This document shows, one piece after another, positions 11,772 through 23,611 of a stretch of 64,000 bases of DNA. The stretch comes from Octopus vulgaris (lineage: Eukaryota), in assembly GCA_951406725.2 (NCBI GenBank), contig OX597829.1, positions 51,522,001-51,586,000 of the forward strand. The letters run 5' to 3'. How positions within the stretch are numbered: the first letter of the stretch is position 1; each line of letters begins with the position of its first letter. Under the pieces are notes generated by a model. That model made no database searches. It was not told where the DNA came from and worked only from the letters and a program-made list of their open reading frames with translations. The position numbers and the translations under genes were made by a program.

Positions 11772-11894
11772 TGTGGCTGTGTGGTAAGAAGCTTGCTTTC
11801 CAACCACATGGTTCCAGGTTCAGTCCTACTACTTGGCACCTTGGGCAAGTGTCTTTCACTATAGTCTCAGGCCAACCAAAGCTTTGTGAGTGGA

Positions 11895-13170
11895 TTTTGC
11901 ACCAGACTCCTGTCTGATTTTGCATGGTTTTCTACAGCTGGATGCCTTTCCTAATGCCAACCACTCTGAAAATGTAATGGGTGCTTTTACGTGCCATTTA
12001 CATGACACCGGGGTGCTTTTACGTGTCACCAGCACGGGTGCCAGTGTGTGTGGCACCGGTATCTGCCACGACTGTGATTTTGCTTGACTTGATGGGTCTT
12101 CTCAAGCATGAAATAATGCCAAAGGTCTCAGTCATTGCCTCCATGAGGCCCAACACTCAAAAGGAACTCAGTCACATTGCATCCATGAGGCCCAACGCTC
12201 AAAAGGAACTCAGCCACTTTGCTTCAGTGAGGCCCAACACTCAAAAGCCACTTTGCCTCCGTGATGCCCAATGCTCAAAAGGTGTTCTTTACACACCACC
12301 AGCACAGGTGTACTTTGCTTGCCAGGTCCTCTCAAGCACAGCACATTGCCAAAACTCTCGGTCATTAGTCATTGTCTCTGTGAGGCTCAAAGTTCAAAGA
12401 TCATGCTTCACCACCTCATTCTATGTCTTCCTGGCTCTGCCTCTACCACAGGTTCCCTCCACGGTTAGAGATGAGCACTTCTTTACACAATTGTCCTCGT
12501 CCATACGCACCACATGACCATACCAGTGCGGTCGCCTCTCTTGCACACGACACCTGATTCCTCCTATGCCTAACTTTTCTCTCAAGATGCTTACACTCTG
12601 TCAAACATGCACACTGACATTACACATCCAGCAAAGTATAATGGATTCATTTTTTTAAAGCCTACACATGTTCTCATCTGTCACAGCCCATGTTTCACTG
12701 CCATGCAGCATAGCTGTTCACACACAGGCATCAAACAATCTGCCTTTCACTCTGAGAGAGAGGCCCTTTGTTGCCAGCAGGGGTAGGAGCTCTCTGAATT
12801 TTGCACAGCCTAACCTTATTCTCACAACTATGGTCTCAGAGCATCCACCTCCACTACTAACTTGGTCACCTAGATATTGGAAGCTACCTGCTACCTCTAG
12901 CTTGCACTCCCTGGTAATGGAGTCTATTTTCAGCATTTATTGTACCTGTGCATCTTCCACATACAAAAGCTAATTTCCCTGTTAGCCTTCCTCTGATATT
13001 GCTGCACCTTTTATGTGTCCAAAGCTTACACTGGGTGCATCTTGTGGAGTTACTACCTACACTTTTTTTGCATATCCAGCAGGGCCATCAACCTGAAGGG
13101 ATTTGTGATTTGTCTTTCTTCCTACTTAATAAGACATTGGTTTTTGCTAGGTTAATTCTAAGGCCTTTTC
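11895..13170 (-). mobile_element. RTE-clade LINE 3' portion (same family as 3596-4945)
   Basis: ORF 12718-12936 reads KLEVAGSFQYLGDQVSSGGGCSETIVVRIRLGCAKFRELLPLLATKGLSLRVKGRLFDACV. 3'UTR repeats are present. Confidence 0.88.
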
Positions 13171-14127
13171 ATTCTAGACCTTGCTTCCATATGTGTGTAT
13201 ATATATATATATATGTATATATAACACACACATACACTTATCATCATCATGGACTGAGTGCTTTTTACATGGTACAAGCACAGGTGAGGTCAGTTTTGGC
13301 ATAGTTTTTACAGCTGAATTCCTTTCCAGATGCCAACCACTTTACAGTGTGGACTACATGCTTTTAAGTGGCACCCGCACTGACAGGGTCACCCAGTAAC
13401 CGAGGCCTTTAGCGATTTGCTATACTTGAGAAGACTCATCAAGCCAGGTAAAATCATAGTTGTGACTGATGCCAGTGTCATGTAACTGGTACCTGTGCTT
13501 GTGGCACATAAAAAGCCCCCATTACACTGAATCTGATCCAGAAGCCATGTAGTTGCGAAGCAAATTCTAAACCACCCAACCATACCTCTGCTTATGGCAA
13601 TATAATTTTTTAAAAAATTACTCAGGGATGCTTTTTGCATGTAAACTTAATAGTAAAATGGTTGCTAGCATACACAATGTAATAAGGCCAGAAAGTTCAG
13701 TTAATTAAAATTTACTAAGTAAATGAGAGCAACAGTTGTTTCATGAACAACTAAGTTCTTATCAAAATGGTAGGGGGAGACAACTCTGAAATTTCATTTG
13801 GTTGAAATCAAATATAGAATGCAATGGAGAGTGAGTCTGACTTTTAGCAGGTGTGGAAGACAACTTTAATCATATTTCATTTAAATAGATCTCTTCAAAA
13901 ACGGAAAAAAACTATGCCTGCAAGATATATCCTAAAATGTCTGTAGAAATATATGGTTTTTTTGTTGTTTTGTAATTAGCCCAGTGTAGTGTTATAATAT
14001 AACAAGAATGACTGGAAAGAATAACTGATTATTGTGAGAACAATTTCAGCCAAATAAGCAATGCTTCTATAATTCACTCATTGATGAGTTAATTTGCATA
14101 TTCAATAGATTTCCTCAGGCGACATAA

Positions 14128-14693
14128 CATGCTTGAGGAAACCTATTGAGTCAAGTAAATCAAAATCAAATTGAAATTGAAATTGTAATTCTGGCTGATG
14201 CCAATGGCACCTGACTGGCTTCCATGCTGGTGGCACGCAATAAGCACCATTCATGTGTCGGTCATTGCCAATGTCGCCTGACTGGCTCCCCTTGCTGGTG
14301 GCACATAAAAAAGGACCATCCGAACGTGGTCAATGCCAGCCTCCTTACCCTGACTGGCTCCTGGGCTGGTGGCACGTAAAAGCACCATCCAAACGTGGTT
14401 GATGCCAGCCTCCTCACCCCAACTGGCTCCTGTGCTGGTGGCATGTAAAAAGCATCATCAGAAGCGGCTGATGCCAGTGCCACCTGACTGGCTCCTGTGC
14501 CAGTGGAACATAAAAAGCACCCACTACACTCTCAGAGTGGTTGGCATTAGGAAGGGCATCCAGCTGTAGAAATATTGCCAGATCAAATTAGATCCTGGTG
14601 CAGCCTACTAGCTTGCCAGTCCCCAGTCAAACTGTCCAACCCATGCCAGCATGGAAAGCAAACGTTAAACGATGATGATGATGCTGATGATGA
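14128..14693 (+). mobile_element. RTE LINE 3'UTR fragment with five internal units of about 65-70 bp and a (GAT)n tail
   Basis: Repeated ctggctcc..gctggtggcacgtaaaaagcacc, then cccactacactc..ggaagggcatccagctgtagaaa..gttaaacgatgatg. Confidence 0.85.
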
Positions 14694-14939
14694 TTCACGG
14701 TAGTTTATAACCTTTCACAAATTACTAATAGTCTGAAGATCAGAATAATATTGAAGTGTTTGATAATGATTGTTATTGTTGTATAGCCACAGGTGTGCAC
14801 TGATTGAGAATACCTTTAAACTATAGGACTCATGGCTTTGATTATAAACAAGGGGGTTCCAGCTGTGAGTCCTCTCTTTTTCTAAGAGGTTTCTAGAATT
14901 TCTTCATCTGAGTCCTTCTCCACTTTTTATATTTATTCA

Positions 14940-15425
14940 TTCTTTTATTCTTTTACTGGTTTCAGGCATTTGACTGTGGCCATGCTGGAGCACTGCCTTA
15001 AAGGGTTTTGTATATGTGTGTGTGTGTGTGTGTGTCTGTATTTGTTCCCCTACCATTGCTTAAAAACCAATGTTGGCATGTTTACATCCCTGTAACTTAG
15101 TGATTCAGCAAAAGAGAACAATAGAACAAAAGAATGAGTCAATCGACTCATTCTTTGTAAACCTAGTACTTATTTTATTGTTCTCTTTTGCTGAATCACT
15201 AAGTTACAGGGATGTAAACATGCCAACATTGGTTTTTAAGCGATGGTAGGGGAACAAACACAGACACACACATATACAATGAGCTTCTTTCAGTTTCTGT
15301 TTATCAAATCCACTCACAAGGCTTTGGTTGGCATGAGGTTATAGGAGAAGACACTTGCCCATGGTCCCACTGCAGTGGGACTGAACCTGGAACAATGTGG
15401 TTAGGAAGCAAACTTATCACACAGC
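14940..15425 (-). mobile_element. SINE family A copy with an internal inverted duplication
   Basis: SINE A motifs plus a palindrome at about 15012-15278. Confidence 0.8.
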
Positions 15426-15754
15426 CAAGCCTGCAGCACCACACATTTATTTACGTATTTTACAAATTTAGCCTGTGATTTCAGGGACATCAAGTGAAAC
15501 TGCACAGACTAGTGAGGCCCAAGGTTCACTGAGAAAATAATAAAATACAAACTGAAATTTTATGCTGCCACTGTGAAGGCACACTTCAATATTTGACCTC
15601 CCCCCCCCCCCAAGGCCCCAGCACTTTCACATACTTTACAAAGATTAATGGCTGAGTGATATACAGAGTTTGCTGATCACTTAGAATCAGTATTTCTTTT
15701 ACTTTTACTATACTCAGTTATAAACCTGCTGATTTAACCTTCACTCCTGTTAGT

Positions 15755-16120
15755 GTGTGGAAGCACTCCGTCGATTACGACGATGAGGGTTCTGGTTGAT
15801 CCGAATCAATGGAACAGCCTGCTCGTGAAATTAATGTGTAAGTGGCTGAGCACTCCACAGACATGTGTACCCATAGTTCTCGGGGATATTCAGCGTGACA
15901 CAGAGTAACAAGCCGGCCCCTTGAAATACAGGTACAACAGAAACAGGAAGTAAGAGTGAGAGAGAGTTGTGGTGAAAGAGTACAGCAGGGATCACCACCA
16001 TCCCCTGCCGGAGCCTTGTGGAGCTTTGGGTGTTTTCGCTCAATAAACACTCACAATGCCCGGTCTGGGAATCAAAACCGCGAGTCCGCTGCCCTAACCA
16101 CTGGGCCATTGCGCCTCCTT
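15755..16120 (-). mobile_element. tRNA-derived SINE family C
   Basis: Head ggcgcaatggcccagtggttagggcagcggactc...gattccc. Partial copy at about 20050-20218. The tail is shared with 63150-63305. Confidence 0.75.
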
Positions 16121-17793
16121 CCTGTTAGTACCTCTTATTCCTTTTTACAGTCTTTTGTTCTATCATCTGCCCACAATTCCAGTAAACGTCTAAGATGTCA
16201 TCATTCTAGTCTTCTCCTGTAAGTTAAAAGCAAGATGTTTCCAAGAATGCTTTTACACACCTGAAGAAATTTAGCCATCCTGTAGCAATCAAAGCATGGA
16301 GAGCTTCTTGTTTGAAGGAATTGATTTTTCTATGGTTCACAACTAACACCAGTATTTTACTGTCTGATTTTGTGAAGATTATACATACAGCAAGATTCAA
16401 TCTGCTTCTAAACAATCCTGCCGCCATGTTGATTGACTCAGGCCAATAAGCTACAAATACCACCACTTAGTTGTCAAAGATGGTCATGAATATGTCTGTT
16501 CTGAAACTCCAGGTTTCCTCAATAGCAACTCCATTTATTGTCTAAGTGGCCTAAGGTCACTGACCAAGTGAACTTGCTTCTAAGCTGACTTGAAATCTCA
16601 TATTTTTATACATCCTACTCCAAGTATGGCTACATTGATTGGCAAAAAGGAGGTCACTTGCTTTGGTCTTGAGGAAGCTTTACTATGCTTTCTCCTTTTA
16701 TCAATATTTTTCCTAAGCAAGTTGCTCAATGTATTCCATCAACTCTCTCATGTATCTGCTTACAACAGTTAACTTAAGGGATGATGTTGCTTGTAAATCA
16801 GATTGTTGTTGTTGGTGTGTTTACAGTTTGGGCTGTTATTGTTGTGGTGGTGGTGGTGGTGATGTGGATGTTTGGCTAATTAATGGCCCCTCTGTCCTTT
16901 GTAGTTTGGCCTCTATTGTTTCTTTTCACTCCAACAAAGACAGACTTGTGAACAACTTTTGCTTTGACCTCATCATGATGAGGTTTCAAAATTTAGAGAT
17001 CTGAAGTGTGTGAGAGATGATTGTAGTAGTGGGGATGGAGAGTTAAGTTTTCACATCTATACATGTACATTTGTATTTTGCTGGGGAGAGAAGAACACTG
17101 TTGGGAAGAGATATTGTTATTGAGGTAAGTTCTGTCATTGTTGTTTTGGAAGTTCCTGCTTTATTGTTGCATTAGCACTAGGAAGGTTTTTTTTATCTCC
17201 CTTTGATGGAGATAAAAACCTTCCTAGCAGTCTCTCCTAAGGGCAGATTCTCTGCTGTTTGGTACTACCACAGCACCTGGGTCTCCTGCTTGCTACATCT
17301 TTTATCTGATGTCCATTCATCAGATGAATGTGACTATGAACTGTTACAAACCCTACAGAAGTGAGTGTCATTTTCAGCTCTAACCAGACCTTCAATCAGT
17401 TTTGAAGAACAGTTTGTGACCTTGATGATCTTTTCGTGTTTTAAGATCATCCCTAAATACTGGGTGATTGTATGGGTGTGGTCTCATGTAGGATGACAGC
17501 AAGGATGCATCTCTTAAAGGTGCATACTATCGTTGATAGTTTGCACCTTTATACCTCTTTCTCATTAATGCACATCGCAAGAACTGTCATAAATAGCTGG
17601 TATTGGGTTATCTATATGCTTATTTCTATGAATAACACATACGGGATATGAAGAACATCTGTTTTGTTCCACATCATCTAATATCAGTGCCAGTAACTCA
17701 AATGTGATAATGCATGCATTTTGTCTTCATCAGAATGGTTTGTTTCAATACCTGTGTGTGATCCAGCATGGTGACCTTTCTTAATGGTTAGAT

Positions 17794-17995
17794 CAGTGCT
17801 TTTCAACCTTTTTGCTGGAGCGGAACCCCAAGGAAACATTCCACTGGCTCGAGGAACCCCCTGTGCAATAATTTAATAGTCTTATGCACAAATATCTGCA
17901 CAGGAGAATTAAAAATTACTGCCGATTTTAGCAGTTTTGTGACTTCTTGCGGAACCCCTGGACTGTACTGGCGGAACCCTGGTTGAAAACCACTG
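17794..17995. mobile_element. hAT-superfamily (Charlie-like) MITE
   Basis: TIRs CAGTG(C/G)TTTTCAACC and a perfect 8-bp TSD GGTTAGAT at 17786-17793 and 17996-18003. Confidence 0.92.
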
Positions 17996-18614
17996 GGTTA
18001 GATTAAAAAAAAAAAATTATTGTTTACCTATGCATTGGCAAGACTGCTGCTGAAGGTAGTAGCTATAGTGCTGTTAGTGGTGGATGTGCTACTAAATCTG
18101 TCGTTCTCCCCTTTTCCCTACTGAATTATTGTTGCTTTTACTTTAACCTCTGTATCGTTGTTAAAATTTCTTCACCTGCAGTATTATTACTGTTTGGTAG
18201 TTTCTAAGCTATTAAAATTCCTTTTCTCCTCTTGAGAGTTCTTGATGATGTTAGTGTTACTGCTGGTTGTATTGCTACTCATGTGAGACGCAAAGTCTTT
18301 GTTGGTGAAAACATCATCAACCATTTCATTTTGGCAAGCATAGGTTTCAAGACAGATGATAACTTTACACAACTGTCATGGGCTGCTTCCAATCAACCCT
18401 TCTTTTTCAAACATCAAACAGGCAATTTCAAACAAAAATATTTGTCTACTGGCTGCACAGGACAAAGAAAACAACTGTGCTTCCCTTATAAAGGGAAGGT
18501 AGAGGGTCTTTTTCCAGAGATTGTCATAAACAGTTATAATCCAACTTTTGTCGAAGTTGGGTAAATTCTCAAAGTATTAATGTTTATAATTGGAGCACTT
18601 ATGATATCTTTTAA

Positions 18615-18927
18615 CTTTTACTTGTTTCAGTCATTTGATTGTGGTGTGCTGGGGTATGACCTTGGGGTTTTAAGTCAAATTAATCAACCCTCGTATTTTA
18701 TTCTCTTTTAAGTTGGCTACTTATGCTATTGGTCTCTTTTACCAAACTGCTAAGTTACAGGGAGATAAACACATAAGTACAATGGCTTCTTTCAGTTTCT
18801 GTCTACCAAATCCACGCACAATGTTTCGATAGGAGTGAGGCTATCATAGAAAACACTTGCCCAAAGTGCCATACAGTGGGACTGAACCTGGAACCATGTG
18901 GTTGGGAAGCAAGCCTCTTACCACACC
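18615..18927 (-). mobile_element. SINE family A, diverged
   Basis: Family motifs present. Confidence 0.8.
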
Positions 18928-18950
18928 TGCACTTATATGATGATGGTAAT

Positions 18951-19177
18951 AAAGCGGCGAGCTGGCAGAAACGTTAGATCGCTGGGCGAAATGCTTAACG
19001 GTATTTTGTGAGCTGCTACGTTCTAAGTTCAAATTCCACCAAGGTCGACTTTGCCTTTCATCCTTTCGGGGTCGATAAATTAAGTACCAGATATGCACTG
19101 GGGTTGATGTAATCGACTTAATCCCTTTGTCTGTCCTTGTTTGTCCCCTCTATGCTTAGCCCCTTGCGGGCAATAAA
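18951..19177 (+). mobile_element. SINE family B, full length (Deu/Nin-like core gcctttcatcctttcggggtcgataaattaagtacc)
   Basis: tRNA-like head ggcgagctggcagaa..gttcaaattcc and A-rich tail. Other copies at about 19410-19620, 19765-19975, 36775-36950, 40380-40586 and 43423-43613. Confidence 0.85.
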
Positions 19178-21257
19178 AAAAAAAAATCTTTCAGGCATTT
19201 GGCCTGAAATTTTGGGGGAGGGTTTAAATATATAAACATGACAGGCTTCTTTCAGCTTCTGTTTACCAAATCCACTCACAAAGCTTTGGTCAACCTGAGG
19301 TTATAGTAGAAGACACTTGCCCAAGGTGCCACATAGTAGGACCGAACCTGGAACCATGTGGTTGAAAAACAAGCTTCTTACCATCTGCACTTATATGATG
19401 ATGGTGATAGTTCTTTCTACTCTGGGCATATGGCCTGAAATTTTTTGGGCAAGGGGTTAGTCGATTATACTGACATAATTCACTGGCACTTATCTTGCCG
19501 ACATTGAAAGAACAAAAGACAAGGTTGACCTAGGCAGCATTTAAACTCCGAGCAAAAAGAGCTAGAAGAAAGGCCACTAAGTATTTGCTGGGCATATTAA
19601 CAGTTCTACCAGCTCACTACTGGCATAATAATAATAATAATACTGTCTGTCTAAGGTCCTTGTTGTGACTTGACAAACAGTACAAACCCCCGGTAGACAC
19701 AATATCTTCAATCAACAGGCTCATGATATTGTATTCTGTGTGACGTCTATAATAATAATAATCATTTCTATTATAGGCACAATGCCAAGAATTTTGGGGG
19801 AGAAGGGTTAAGTTGATTACATCGACACCAGTGCTTGGCCGGTACTTATTTTATTGAGCCTGAAAGAATGAAAGGCAAAGTCAACCCTGGCGACATTTGA
19901 ACTCAGAATGTAAAGACAGATGAAATGCTGCTGAGCATTTTGCTCAGGGTGCTAACGATTGTACCAGCTTGCTGTCTTGGAATAATAATAATTTTCATCT
20001 AGTTTCAGCTCACAAGCTGTGGCCATGCTGGAGTACCGCCATTTAAAAAGTTGTGGCGAAAGAGTACAGCAGGGATCACCACCATCTCCTGCCAGAGCCT
20101 CGTGGAGCTTTTTAGGTGTTTTCGCTCAATAAACGCACTCAAAGCCTGGTCTTGGAATCGAAACCACGATCTTCCGACTGCAAGTCTGCTGCCCTAACCA
20201 CTGGGCCATTGTGCCTCCAATCATCATCATTATCATTATGGGTTGGACAGTTCGACTGGGGATCTGGGAAGCCAGGAGGTTGCACCAGGCTGATCTGGCA
20301 GTGTTTCTACAGCTGGATGTCCTTCCTAATGCCAACCACTCCGTGAGTGTAGTGGGTGCTTTTTACGTGCCAGGCGAGGCTGGCAACAGCAATAATAATA
20401 ATTCAAATGAAGGTTCACTTTGCCAAGACTACTAGCAGAAAACAGAAATTTTATGAATAAAATTTTACTCATAGAATTAAAATTTTATTTATAAAATTAT
20501 ATTTAGCCAAAATATTGTACAACAATTAAAAAGCAAACATAAAACAAAAAAGCCAACAGACACAAAAGTGAGTTAGATATTTTGTTTATGGAAAATATAA
20601 ATGATACAATTCAATTTAATTTACAACTGTCTTAAAATCCAACCTGAATATCAATGAAAATAATACAGAATGTTGAATTTCAAAGACAAGCTCAATAGTA
20701 AATAAACAATTACTATCCAATTTTTTTTTTTCAAGCACAAAATTCTGTACTGATAAAGTTAAATACAAAAAGGAATTAACATAATTCCTTGGCATGTAAC
20801 AGCAGTTCTGAGAATAAGAAACTTTTTCTTTCTTTTTTCTTTTTTTTTTTTCCAATTCTAAATCAAAATGCCACTGAGTATCTTTCAAAATTATCTGTGA
20901 GAGAATGAGAAGGAGATTGAGATAGAAAGAGAGAAGAGAGTCAGACAGACAGAGGGGAAAAAAAGATTCTATGAATTTTTATGTGGGTTGGTCACATACT
21001 ATGTATTATAGTAGTGTCATAAATACCATATGAAGGATATTTTCTTTTTTTTTCTCTTTTTTTTAATTATATATTTTGTTTTCTTCACACTATACCACAT
21101 GCATGAAATAACTAGAAGACAAAAAAAAAAAAACTCATTAGATATATATGGATGTTAAGAGTATAAAATTTCTCACTGAAGACTTATGAAACAGAAGTAT
21201 CCACTCAATTTAAAGTCGAACTTTCATTTTGCTTTATATATATATATATATATATAT

Positions 21258-21592
21258 TCTTTTACTTGTTTCAGTCATTTGTCTGTGGCCATGCTGGAGC
21301 ACTGCCTTTAGTTGAAGAAATCGACCCCAGGACTTATTCTTTGTAAGCCTAGTACTTATTCTATTGGTTTCTTTTGCCAAACCGCTAATTTACAGGAACA
21401 TAAACACACCAGCATCAGTGGTGGGGGACAAACACAGACACACAAATATATATATATGGGCTTCTTTCAGTTTCTACCAAATCCATTCACAAGGCTTTGG
21501 TTGGCCTATGGCCATAGTAGAAGACACTTGGCCAAAGTGCCACACAGTGGGACTGAACCCCATGTGGTTGGTAAATAAACTACTTACCACAG
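21258..21592 (-). mobile_element. SINE family A
   Basis: Family motifs, flanked by (TA)n. Confidence 0.85.
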
Positions 21593-22794
21593 TGTCATTC
21601 CTGCGTCTATATATATATATATATATTTTTAAATAGCATATGAAAGATATAATTTCAGATAAGTGATATGAAAACAGTTGTTATCTTTTACTTATATGCG
21701 TAGATGAAGAGTTAAAAATAATTCTGATGAATAAATTTAAAATCAGATTGATTTGTTTGTTGTTAGAGAAAACCTAAGGTGCTTTAAAAAAAAAAAAAAA
21801 AATTCTTCTAAACTATAGATTAAAGCTACAACCATGTAATAATGCTGAACTGGATTAAAGCTGTTTCATCTGCAATATTTTTAGCAAGTATCACAGTCAT
21901 GCCACTCACAGAGTTCTATAAGCATGCATCATGGTAGTACTTGACAATTCTTTCTTTCTTTAACAACCAGTACATAACAGCCTCTCAAAGAATTGTCTGT
22001 GTTTGTATTTTTTGTATTTCACTCATTTATGTAAAAAATAATAATAATAATAATGTCTCATTTTGTTGCCAAATAAAAATAACTCAGACACGCTGGTTCA
22101 TCCTTGTTTATCCATTTAGAATTCCAAATAGCTTTCAACATATTCTACACAAAGGATTAAATATACACCTTATAGCAATTACAATTTGTTTTTCTTTTTA
22201 TTCATATAGGATTAAATAACTATTAGCAGTATATCACTGGTATGAATTTTTAGAGTTTCTACATTAAATATAGAGGTATTTAGTTTGCCTGCCTTCTCTA
22301 ACAAATGAACCATATTCTAACTTGCTGACCATCATTGAGTAAGCGTACGAGCAAAGGCATTCAAATCACGACTGTCCTATTTTTAGAAGGACTCAAGAGA
22401 ATAGTGTTATTTGGCCATTATTTCTAGCAGATGGAGTGAGCATGTAGAGTCCGTTATTAGAGAGAGAGAGAGTTATGTTTTATACAAAATTAAAGGTGTT
22501 TGAAATTGAAGTAATATACTAATGGTCCATATAACCATTAGTAAAACTCAATTATTAACAACAACATATGAAAATGTTAAAAGCTCATTGCTTCATATAA
22601 GAGAAAGAGATAGCAAAACTTCTGAATACTTTAAAGACCACCAGGTACTTAGAAATATGAAAGATAATTTCCTACTCTCATCTTCAATCAGTTTATATAT
22701 ATATATATATAATATAATGTAAATAGTATGGTTAAGTGGTACATTTTATTTTTTGTGCAATACATGAAAATGCTCAGTATGCACTGAGTTTCAG

Positions 22795-22826
<32 letters not shown>

Positions 22827-23188
22827 TACACATACATACACACAAGTTTAATGCATGGAATCATTTCATACCATGGTCTTACATGCATCACTGTATCTTT
22901 TGCTTCTTAGACCACTGTGGAAGGTAGGTGTGTGTCCAGATTCCTGAATGTACTAGTGGCATGAAAGTAACTACAGACAGTACTAAATATATGTGAACGT
23001 GTATACATACATACAGTATTATTAAATTAGTGAATACACAATATTTCATTACTAAATTGGCACCAAATAAGTTTATATAAATATGTAAATTTAGTTATAT
23101 TATTACCAGCAACTGACTATGTAACTGAGAACATTACTTTTACAAAATACTGTGGCTTAGTCAATCAAGCCTCAGCTTCAGAAAATAT

Positions 23189-23611
23189 ACTGGTATATAC
23201 ATTTGTATGTTTGCGTAGAATTCCAGAATATTTTTCCTTAATATTTTTTCTATAAGTCCCAAACTTATTTCCATTCATCCCTGGTTATATACATTTGTAT
23301 GTTTGCGTAGAATTCCAGAATATTTTTTCTATAAGTCCCAAACTTATTTCCATTCATCCCAGGTATATACATTTGTATGTTTGCGTAGAATTCCAGAATA
23401 TTTTTTCCTACAAGTCCTAAACTTTTTTCCACTCATCCCTGGTATATACATTTGTATGTTTGCGTAGAATTCCAGAATATTTTTTCCTACAAGTCCTAAA
23501 CTTTTTTCCACTCATCCCTGGTATATACATTTGTATGTTTGCGTAGAATTCCAGAATATTTTTCCATAATATTTTTTTTCTACAAGTCCCAGACTTATTC
23601 CCACTCATCCC
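23189..23611. repeat. Minisatellite, five units of about 79-91 bp
   Basis: ggtatatacatttgtatgtttgcgtagaattccagaatattttt recurs at about 23192, 23283, 23362, 23441 and 23520. Confidence 0.95.

Noticed and set aside
14200-14525. CRISPR-like repeat-spacer appearance
   Set aside because: The context is eukaryotic, the linkers are mutually homologous, there are no cas genes, and the array is part of a LINE 3'UTR found at many sites.
16200-18600. Possible ancient retroelement or coding sequence (ORFs 16224-16466, 18232-18564)
   Set aside because: I could not support any recognisable domain motifs or splice structure.
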